DNA from: a virus
Taxonomy: Duplodnaviria; Caudoviricetes
Strand: one strand, 5' to 3'
DNA: 32,368 bases
Virus record (IMG/VR): IMGVR_UViG_3300012942_000099
Coordinates: 1-32,368 of that record
Made by a program: the position numbers and the translations under genes. Position 1 is the first letter of the stretch; each line of letters starts with the position of its first letter. This document shows, piece after piece, positions 17,556-23,673 of this stretch. The notes under the pieces are model-generated. The model was given only the letters and a program-made list of their open reading frames with translations. It searched no databases and was not told the DNA's origin.

Positions 17556-17746
17556 TGCACGCATTCGCCTATCTCGATCACATCGAGTTGTACCGTGACG
17601 TTGCCGGCAAGTACCGCTGGCGTCGTGTGGCGATGAACAAGAACATCATCGCCGACTCGGGTCAGGGCTACCGTTCGAAGTACTGGGCGAAGCGGATGGC
17701 CAAGAAGATCAATCCCGATCTGCTCATCGAGGACCACACGAAGTAA
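17555..17746 (+). CDS. DUF1508/YegP-like small protein
   Basis: ELYRD..GKYRWR.VA.N..IIADSGQGY pattern. Confidence 0.8.
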   Translation: MHAFAYLDHIELYRDVAGKYRWRRVAMNKNIIADSGQGYRSKYWAKRMAKKINPDLLIEDHTK

Positions 17747-17757
17747 GGATACGCCCC

Positions 17758-18048
17758 GTGCAACCAGAAGCTCGCCTCGGTCACAAGATCAAAGCCGCAC
17801 TGGAAGCGCGGGGCGCTTTCGTGTTCAAGGTGCACGGGTCGGGGATGATGATGGCAGGTCTCCCCGACTTGATCGTGTGCCACGATGGCCGATACTTAGG
17901 CCTCGAGGTAAAGATGCCAGGAAACAAGCCATCCGCCATTCAGCTGCATACCCACACCAAGATCGAGAAAGCGGGTGGGCATGCAGCTGTGGTGTATTCT
18001 GTCGAGGATGCTCTTAAGGCCTTAGAGGATGCGGCCCGTGGCCACTAG
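17758..18048 (+). CDS. VRR-Nuc / Holliday-junction resolvase-like nuclease
   Basis: E...G.PDL...G...LEVK.P...S..Q......GG...V..S pattern. Confidence 0.88.
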   Translation: MQPEARLGHKIKAALEARGAFVFKVHGSGMMMAGLPDLIVCHDGRYLGLEVKMPGNKPSAIQLHTHTKIEKAGGHAAVVYSVEDALKALEDAARGH

Positions 18049-18381
18049 AACCTCGTTGCTCATCTGCGGGAGCGTCATTCGCGCCGCATACATTTGCTCT
18101 TGCAGCCGGGCGTTTCGCGCCCTACGAAGTTCCCTGAACGCCTGGCGCTGCGCGGGGTCAGTCAACGATTCGATCGGGAGTCCCGGGGCGCTGTCATCGA
18201 CGTACGGCGCCTCTTTCACTTCCTGCGGGAAGAACCGATCCCGAAGTGCGAGAACCTCTTCCATCGTGAACTCGTATCGCGCAGCCTTGCCCCTGGTGGC
18301 GTCGATGTTGTGGTTGCGGAGGAACTTGCGCAGAACCTGTGGCTTGATCCCGATGATCTTTGCAGCGTCGTTGGCGAACAT
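18022..18381 (-). CDS. helix-turn-helix DNA-binding protein
   Basis: ANDAAKIIGIKPQVLRKFLR...ARYEFT winged-HTH-like N-terminus; AAAGGA RBS and its own promoter. Confidence 0.75.
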   Translation of the reverse strand: MFANDAAKIIGIKPQVLRKFLRNHNIDATRGKAARYEFTMEEVLALRDRFFPQEVKEAPYVDDSAPGLPIESLTDPAQRQAFRELRRARNARLQEQMYAARMTLPQMSNEVLVATGRIL

Positions 18382-18413
18382 TGTTGGGTCCTTTCAGGCG
18401 GTTCGTATGAATC

Positions 18414-18443
18414 AACCTACACGAGGGATCGTAAAACTGTCAA
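18414..18443 (-). promoter_or_regulatory. SigA-type promoter for the leftward HTH gene
   Basis: Minus strand reads TTGACA-N18-TAGGTT. Confidence 0.7.
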
Positions 18444-18506
18444 GTACCAGACGGCGTGTGTTAGTGTTGAAGCACGTTGTTCCCATCCCCGATCCAAGGA
18501 GACATC

Positions 18507-18848
18507 ATGGCCGCCGCAACCGCGGAGAAGAAGGACATCAAGTGGCTGACCGCCCACGTGGCTGAGACCCTGGGTTCCGAGGTCGACCAGATCAAGGTCC
18601 GTCAGGTCCTGCGTAAGCTGGCGATCGAGAAGACCGAGGGCCGCTACTCGTTCAAGGGTGTCAACGACCCGAACGTCAAAGCCGTCGTGCGTGAATTCAA
18701 GGAGCAGGCCAAGGCGCCGGCTGCTCCCCGTGGCCGCAAGGCCGCTGCCGATGCGCCGAAGCCGGCCGCTCGTAAGACCCGTGCCAAGAAGGTCGCCGAG
18801 CCGGTCGAGGAAGAGGACGAGCTGGAAGATGAGCTTGATCTCGACTGA
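18507..18848 (+). CDS. HTH-like DNA-binding protein with Ala/Lys/Pro-rich linker and acidic tail
   Basis: AAGGAG RBS, ATG 18507; KVRQVLRKL...GRYSF, then KAPAAPRGRK... and EEEDELEDELDLD. Confidence 0.75.
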   Translation: MAAATAEKKDIKWLTAHVAETLGSEVDQIKVRQVLRKLAIEKTEGRYSFKGVNDPNVKAVVREFKEQAKAPAAPRGRKAAADAPKPAARKTRAKKVAEPVEEEDELEDELDLD

Positions 18849-18873
18849 ATCTACCTAGCAGCCGCTGGGTTGA

Positions 18874-18907
18874 CGGGCAGGGGATGATACCCGGTCTCCC
18901 CTGCCCG
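18874..18907 (+). terminator. stem-loop after the HTH-like gene
   Basis: Perfect 11-bp stem CGGGCAGGGGA/TCCCCTGCCCG, 12-nt loop, no U-tract. Confidence 0.55.
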
Positions 18908-18935
18908 GAGTCATATCTAACGAAGGAATGACAAC

Positions 18936-19538
18936 ATGCGATGGCTATTACTCGTAGCTGCCCTCCTCGGCAGCTTCGCTGTCGTATTCGCGCCAACCGC
19001 ATCCGCGGCCGAGCCCTGCACCGGGGTTTGGTCGATTGGTGTGGGCGGCCTCCAGGTGGGACTAACCGGTACCGGTCAGGACTCCTCGTATTTCGTTGTG
19101 AATCAGCGTGTGGGGTACAACACCCTTGACCCACAAGCTGGCTTGAATGAACTCGATCGGTTGTTCTGGCAACATCGTAACGCCTGCCCCAGTGACCACA
19201 TCATGATATTAGGTCACTCGGAAGGCGCGGGCATCGTGCACGCTTGGGTTTCTGCCCACACGAACGTGCCGAACGCCAACGCAATCCTGCTCGCAGACCC
19301 CAAGCGCCCCGGAGGGCTCGCAGGTCTGTCAGGCGCGGCATTCGGGTGGCCTGGCTATCCCCTTGCCGGCACGGACGCGAACTTCGGGAATTTCCCCGTG
19401 CTCGAGGTGTGCCGTAACGATGATGTGATTTGCAACGTGTCCGCGGGCTGGCTCGGGTACATCCAGGGCCACCACATGTGGTACAACTTCGACGCCCACG
19501 CCTACGGGACTAACGATCGAGGGACGTTGATGGTCTAG
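18936..19538 (+). CDS. secreted cutinase-like serine esterase
   Basis: Signal peptide ending ASA; GHSEG nucleophile elbow, ADP, C-x3-D-x2-C acid motif, late His. Confidence 0.85.
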   Translation: MRWLLLVAALLGSFAVVFAPTASAAEPCTGVWSIGVGGLQVGLTGTGQDSSYFVVNQRVGYNTLDPQAGLNELDRLFWQHRNACPSDHIMILGHSEGAGIVHAWVSAHTNVPNANAILLADPKRPGGLAGLSGAAFGWPGYPLAGTDANFGNFPVLEVCRNDDVICNVSAGWLGYIQGHHMWYNFDAHAYGTNDRGTLMV

Positions 19539-19561
19539 CGGGTAAGCAGTGGCCCGCTAAG

Positions 19562-19596
19562 AGGCCGGGATCCCACCGAACCGGGGTCCCGGCTTT
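19562..19596. terminator. terminator between convergent genes
   Basis: GCCGGGATCCC-N8-GGGGTCCCGGC-TTT; a second hairpin TAGCGGG/CCCGCTA at 19536-19559. Confidence 0.65.
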
Positions 19597-19598
19597 CC

Positions 19599-19946
19599 TC
19601 AGCGACGAGTCGGGTGACGCATCCCCGGGCGCGTGCGGAAAGGCACCTCAGCTTCCGCCTCGAGCCTCAGCCATTCCTCGTCGGATGTGACCTCGACAGC
19701 CTCGCTCTGGGCGCGCAGAATCGCGCTGAGGCCTTCCTCGACGGTCGCGTAGTGATACGTCGGCATCACCAGGAGCGACTCTCGCCCCTCATTCTTGTGA
19801 TGCGCCGGTGACACATGCCACGAACGCCCTTCCTTGTGGGCGCGGCGACAGTGCTTGTTGGGCCCGTCGCACTCCCAGGCCATGATGCCGTGGTAGTGGA
19901 GGCCGTCAATCAAAAGGGACGGGGTGAGGTGCAGCGCGTTCGTCAT
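19599..19946 (-). CDS. hypothetical protein (leaderless)
   Basis: Start reassigned to MTNALH, 6 nt after -10 box TATCGT. Confidence 0.75.
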   Translation of the reverse strand: MTNALHLTPSLLIDGLHYHGIMAWECDGPNKHCRRAHKEGRSWHVSPAHHKNEGRESLLVMPTYHYATVEEGLSAILRAQSEAVEVTSDEEWLRLEAEAEVPFRTRPGMRHPTRR

Positions 19947-19952
19947 GTGAGG

Positions 19953-19982
19953 ACGATACCACACCTGCCTGAGGAGACGCAA
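19953..19982 (-). promoter_or_regulatory. leaderless promoter 1
   Basis: TTGCGT-N18-TATCGT-N6-ATGACG. Confidence 0.65.
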
Positions 19983-19997
19983 GGCCTATCGTCCCTA

Positions 19998-20026
19998 TTG
20001 GGTTCGCGGGTGTGGGCGCGTAGGAT
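19998..20026 (+). promoter_or_regulatory. leaderless promoter 2
   Basis: TTGGGT-N17-TAGGAT-N7-ATGACG. Confidence 0.75.
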
Positions 20027-20033
20027 TGAGTAC

Positions 20034-20591
20034 ATGACGAACCTAACCTTTGAACACGAAACGTGCTCTCGGTGTGGTGGGTCGGGGACCTACCCATCTC
20101 CTGCATACCAGGGCGTTTGCCTCGGATGCAACGGCAAGGGTGTCAGGTTGACACGTCGGGGTCGCGCTGCCTCGAAACGATTCTCTCAGTACCTCGATGA
20201 AATGCTCACTCCAATGCGCGACGTTAAGGTCGGCGATCGGGTATGGGCCTCGACGGGCATGATGGGTGGCCACTACAAGTGGTGCACAGTCTCGGAGATC
20301 ACCACCAACTCGGGCATTGGCCATCGCAACCCTGAGACGGGTACCGTCGATTGGAAGCCCGGCTTCAAGGCAGGCCCGGTGATGTTCTCATTCGGCGACG
20401 ATGACACGATCCGCGTGTGGGACAAGGAAATCTACGACTCCGCCGTCGCCCGCGTCGCGCACATGAAGGGCGCACTCATCGCCGGCGAATCGGCTCCTAG
20501 CAACGAGCCTCGCGTCCGTACATCGCACGCCGGGCACGATCACCCGAACACACCATCCGCTCGTGCTGCATGCCGTAAGGCGCATCTGTAA
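20034..20591 (+). CDS. protein with DnaJ-type CxxCxGxG zinc finger and C-terminal SHA-H-C motif
   Basis: CSRCGGSG...CLGCNGKG; ends SHAGHDHPNTPSARAACRKAHL. Confidence 0.8.
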   Translation: MTNLTFEHETCSRCGGSGTYPSPAYQGVCLGCNGKGVRLTRRGRAASKRFSQYLDEMLTPMRDVKVGDRVWASTGMMGGHYKWCTVSEITTNSGIGHRNPETGTVDWKPGFKAGPVMFSFGDDDTIRVWDKEIYDSAVARVAHMKGALIAGESAPSNEPRVRTSHAGHDHPNTPSARAACRKAHL

Positions 20592-20605
20592 CCGCTACCA
20601 CTCCA

Positions 20606-20623
20606 CCGCCCCCGAAGGGGCGG
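20606..20623 (-). terminator. cUUCGg hairpin between convergent genes
   Basis: CCGCCCC-CGAA-GGGGCGG. Confidence 0.7.
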
Positions 20624-20635
20624 CTGGTTGGTGGA

Positions 20636-20848
20636 TCAGGAGGCGCGAGCCTTGCGACAGGCGGCGCGACCTTTCGGGGTGCGCGGGTGCGAGCAGTCGG
20701 CGTGGGACATGTTCTTGCGCGACACCTCGCGGCCGGTGAGGCAGTCTTCGCACAACGAGGAATCGGACTCGTCATCGGAGAAGAGTTCGGTGTTGGCGGT
20801 GCAGCGGTCGCAGGTGTCGGAGGCGAGGGAGGAGCGGCGTTTCGTCAT
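20636..20848 (-). CDS. small zinc-binding protein with C-terminal SHA-H-C motif
   Basis: CDRC...CEDC, then SHADCSHPRTPKGRAACRKARAS. Confidence 0.8.
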   Translation of the reverse strand: MTKRRSSLASDTCDRCTANTELFSDDESDSSLCEDCLTGREVSRKNMSHADCSHPRTPKGRAACRKARAS

Positions 20849-20854
20849 ACCACG

Positions 20855-20883
20855 ATCCTAACATACCCACACCACAAACCTAA
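20855..20883 (-). promoter_or_regulatory. leaderless promoter 3
   Basis: TTAGGT-N17-TAGGAT-N6-ATGACG. Confidence 0.75.
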
Positions 20884-20900
20884 CCCCCGAAGGGGTCAGG
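20879..20900 (-). terminator. cUUCGg hairpin overlapping the -35 of promoter 3
   Basis: CCT-A-ACCCC-CGAA-GGGGT-C-AGG. Confidence 0.6.
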
Positions 20901-20918
20901 CTGGTGCGGGCAGCAGGA

Positions 20919-21176
20919 TCAGATGCGGTACATGCAGCGGTGAAGCATGAGGCGGGCGGTCGCGAGGGAGGCGGTGTCGATGTCGAGCCCGTACTCCTCG
21001 AGGGCCTCAGACACGGCTTCGCCGAGGTAGACGACGAGATCGTCCATGTCCTCGAGGAGCAGGCCCGGGTCATCACACGCACTGCGGGTGTGGAGCAGCG
21101 GGTTGGCGGCACGCCCGAGCAGGTCGGACGCGGCCAGGAGGAGTTCGTTTGTCACGGGGGAGAGGTTCGATGTCAT
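20919..21176 (-). CDS. hypothetical protein (leaderless)
   Basis: 85 aa, MTSNL..., preceded by promoter 4. Confidence 0.75.
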   Translation of the reverse strand: MTSNLSPVTNELLLAASDLLGRAANPLLHTRSACDDPGLLLEDMDDLVVYLGEAVSEALEEYGLDIDTASLATARLMLHRCMYRI

Positions 21177-21182
21177 GCCTTA

Positions 21183-21211
21183 ATCCTACCACAGGTCCCG
21201 AGGAATCCCAA
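21183..21211 (-). promoter_or_regulatory. leaderless promoter 4 (embedded in the upstream gene's 3' end)
   Basis: TTGGGA-N17-TAGGAT-N6-ATGACA. Confidence 0.75.
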
Positions 21212-21383
21212 CGTCTCGGGTAAGATCATCGCGGGCCTGTTCGACCACACGGAAGATGTTGTAGCAATCGGCTACGTCGTCAAAGTCTTCGCCCTCGTAC
21301 ACCCAGGCGTGCCCGAGGGACAGCGGCTCCTCGTCGCCCAGGTGCAGGCGTCGCGACTGATCGCGCGATACGTAATACGTCAC
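21186..21383 (-). CDS. hypothetical protein
   Basis: GTG 21383 in a GTGA overlap, GGAGG upstream; 65 aa. Confidence 0.7.
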   Translation of the reverse strand: MTYYVSRDQSRRLHLGDEEPLSLGHAWVYEGEDFDDVADCYNIFRVVEQARDDLTRDVGIPRDLW

Positions 21384-21913
21384 GCCTTCGCCTCCCGTGC
21401 GCGTTCCCGGCGGCACTTCGCCCGGGCAACCTTGGTGTTGTCGTGTGTGCACGATGCGTGCGATCCGCGGGTAGAACGTGCAGCCTTCGCGGCCTCGCGC
21501 ACGATCTCCGTGTAGGGCTCGGGCTGGGTGGACGGGATCTCGTCCTCGTCGATGAAGAACGTCTCGGGCTCGGGGGTGTCGGGAACAACCTCGATCGCGG
21601 GCAGGTCCTCATCATCGAAGTCGATGGCCTCGTAGGCACGAGCGTACGCCTTAGCCTTGGCGACGGGGATCTTGGTGCCGGGCACGAAGTCCTCATCACC
21701 CGGCTCGGGGGTCGCGATCTTGGTCTCGCGTGCCTGCTGGATCGCAATACTGATCTGCTTCTCGGTCATCTTCGCGATACCGACCTTGGCCTTACGCGCA
21801 ACCTCGATCATCGCGTCGAGCACGTACGGCATCATGTCAGCGGACAGGGGGACAACGGGGGATGCGTCGAAGCGGGCCTGGGCCTTCGCGTGGGCGGCGG
21901 TGTGGTTCGTCAT
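21380..21913 (-). CDS. hypothetical protein with acidic linker and C-terminal SHA-H-C motif
   Basis: Ends SHASCTHDNTKVARAKCRRERAREAKA. Confidence 0.8.
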   Translation of the reverse strand: MTNHTAAHAKAQARFDASPVVPLSADMMPYVLDAMIEVARKAKVGIAKMTEKQISIAIQQARETKIATPEPGDEDFVPGTKIPVAKAKAYARAYEAIDFDDEDLPAIEVVPDTPEPETFFIDEDEIPSTQPEPYTEIVREAAKAARSTRGSHASCTHDNTKVARAKCRRERAREAKA

Positions 21914-21919
21914 GCATGT

Positions 21920-21948
21920 ACCTTACCACGTCTCGCCCACGATCCCAA
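21920..21948 (-). promoter_or_regulatory. leaderless promoter 5
   Basis: TTGGGA-N17-TAAGGT-N6-ATGACG. Confidence 0.75.
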
Positions 21949-21962
21949 CAGGAAGTTGGGGG

Positions 21963-21991
21963 TTGGGTTCCCAGGTGTGGGGTGGTACAGT
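21963..21991 (+). promoter_or_regulatory. leaderless promoter 6
   Basis: TTGGGT-N17-TACAGT-N6-ATGACC. Confidence 0.75.
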
Positions 21992-21997
21992 ATTCAC

Positions 21998-22174
21998 ATG
22001 ACCACGAACCGCTCGATCACCGACTTCCTCGCCACACACCCGTTCGAACCTTGCTACATGTGGCCGGCTGATCATGCATCATCTGACGAACTGTTCCTCC
22101 ACGCCGACAGCGTGCTCGGCCAGTCTCTTGCTTCGAATTACGAGCACTACCCCACCCTGAAGGGTCTGATCTGA
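21998..22174 (+). CDS. hypothetical protein (58 aa, leaderless)
   Basis: MTTNRSITDF..., the 3' end of track ORF 21443..22174. Confidence 0.7.
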   Translation: MTTNRSITDFLATHPFEPCYMWPADHASSDELFLHADSVLGQSLASNYEHYPTLKGLI

Positions 22175-22175
22175 C

Positions 22176-22391
22176 ATGCTTGATCTTACGCCGCTCGAGG
22201 ATCAGGTGCACGACATGCTCAACGCCGCCGCTGTCGTTGTCGACTATCGTCCCGGATTCCTCGCCCCCGTCGGGGGAGCGCCCATCTACTCGCTGCCTGT
22301 CGACCCGTTGTCCTACGAGGGCATGGAGGATGTACTCAATATCGTACGCCCTCTCACCGCGGGCTTGGTCGGCCTCCACCACGACTTCTGA
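22176..22391 (+). CDS. hypothetical protein
   Basis: 71 aa, begins 1 nt after the previous stop. Confidence 0.65.
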   Translation: MLDLTPLEDQVHDMLNAAAVVVDYRPGFLAPVGGAPIYSLPVDPLSYEGMEDVLNIVRPLTAGLVGLHHDF

Positions 22392-22487
22392 TCTCCGCTA
22401 CCCGGGCGCCAGCTCAACGACGCGCTGTGTGATCGTCCAACGACGTACGATCCGTCGCCTGGGTAGCAACATCCTGATAGGATCCTC

Positions 22488-22625
22488 ATGTCTGAACTTG
22501 AGATTGCGAATCACGTGATCACTACGTGGTTCACGGAAGGCCTCCTCGACTGGGGTCACGCTGCACACGCGATGTACCTCTCCGAGGATGTCGCCTACAA
22601 CAACCACTACGGAGTGAAGCTATGA
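22488..22625 (+). CDS. small hypothetical protein (45 aa)
   Basis: Hand translation MSELEIANHVITTWFTEGLLDWGHAAHAMYLSEDVAYNNHYGVKL; ATGA overlap with the next gene. Confidence 0.6.
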   Translation: MSELEIANHVITTWFTEGLLDWGHAAHAMYLSEDVAYNNHYGVKL

Positions 22626-22963
22626 AAGACATTCGTATCGACGCGAACGGCGAACTGCGATGCTGGAAGTGTGGAAGCAAGGAGCTGCTCGACCGCCGCA
22701 CGACCCGTGCCCATGTTGTGGGTTTCGTCACCGTCGGCGTTGGCGCACTCGCCACACGTAAAAAGCTGCGTTGCAAGGCGTGTGGGGAGTACAACCAGAC
22801 GGGCAACGCTCAGCCGCTCGAACCGAAGCCCGCGGTGACCGTCGCACAGAAGATGTCCTGGGTTGACCGCACGAACGCGAAGCACGAGCGCATCAAGGAG
22901 CTCAAGGCTCAGGGTGTGGGACACACCGCCGCGATCAAGCAGGCCAAAGCCGAAGGCTACTGA
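22622..22963 (+). CDS. zinc-ribbon protein with hydrophobic insert
   Basis: GGAG RBS; CWKCG...VVGFVTVGVGALA...CKACG. Confidence 0.75.
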   Translation: MKDIRIDANGELRCWKCGSKELLDRRTTRAHVVGFVTVGVGALATRKKLRCKACGEYNQTGNAQPLEPKPAVTVAQKMSWVDRTNAKHERIKELKAQGVGHTAAIKQAKAEGY

Positions 22964-23118
22964 TGATCCCGATGCCCATTCCCAAGAATTGGTACCAGGA
23001 GTACATGGACTATGTAGCCCGGGCTGAGACGATGGGTGAATACTGGGCCTGGTATATGAAGACTCGACACTGGAAAAATCTTCGTGATCCTCGGGTGCCC
23101 ATCTCATATCGCCCTTGA
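22963..23118 (+). CDS. small aromatic-rich hypothetical protein (51 aa)
   Basis: TGATG coupling; MIPMPIPKNWYQEYMDY...ISYRP ends just before the terminator. Confidence 0.5.
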   Translation: MIPMPIPKNWYQEYMDYVARAETMGEYWAWYMKTRHWKNLRDPRVPISYRP

Positions 23119-23130
23119 ATACCACTCTGA

Positions 23131-23148
23131 CCCCCGCCGAAGCGGGGG
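23131..23148 (-). terminator. cUUCGg hairpin ending the structural operon
   Basis: CCCCCGC-CGAA-GCGGGGG, 9 nt after the last tail gene, between convergent units. Confidence 0.75.
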
Positions 23149-23157
23149 CCAGTGCGG

Positions 23158-23673
23158 TTACGGGGCGAGGAGCTGCACGAACGTCGGTGAGACGTTGATG
23201 GTTATTCCCGTGTAGATCGAGTACTTGTATTGCACGGTCACGATGTCACCCGCAGTCAATGTTCCCGTATATGTTGCCGTGGACGTACCCGAGTACACCC
23301 CGAAAGAGGTATCCGTATACGTCGCCGCAGCACCTGTGGCAACGACTGTGCCATTTACCAAGATCTGAATGGTAGCTGTCCCTGATAACCCGGCCTGCCC
23401 AGCTACCGACGCCGAGATCTTGGTAGATCCTGAGGTAGGCACAACCAGGCCGTCAGTCGACACAGTCGACCCTGGGAAGTTCGCCGTGTCGGCGAGCCAG
23501 CCCGTGACCTTAGTGTAGCCGTTAGACGCGGCCATTGTCTGCGTGCCGGTCTTGTTCATACCCGCAGGAGTGAACGACGACCACACGAGTGTAGATCCCA
23601 AGTATACTTTCTGCACCGCGGTGGTGCCGAGATAAACCTTGGATACGTCAGTGCTTCCCAGCTTGAGTGTCAT
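23158..23673 (-). CDS. minor tail protein
   Basis: Repeated KVYLG..., T/G/S-rich beta protein; follows the tail fibre. Confidence 0.75.
   Translation of the reverse strand: MTLKLGSTDVSKVYLGTTAVQKVYLGSTLVWSSFTPAGMNKTGTQTMAASNGYTKVTGWLADTANFPGSTVSTDGLVVPTSGSTKISASVAGQAGLSGTATIQILVNGTVVATGAAATYTDTSFGVYSGTSTATYTGTLTAGDIVTVQYKYSIYTGITINVSPTFVQLLAP

Noticed and set aside
22459-22490. Seventh island promoter (TAGGAT before ATG 22488)
   Set aside because: Only 4 nt to the ATG and no TTGGGW at 17 nt; may just be an AGGA ribosome-binding site.
18022-23118. Integration/immunity cassette at the strand switch
   Set aside because: No tyrosine or serine integrase or ParA motifs found; lifestyle cannot be settled from this window.
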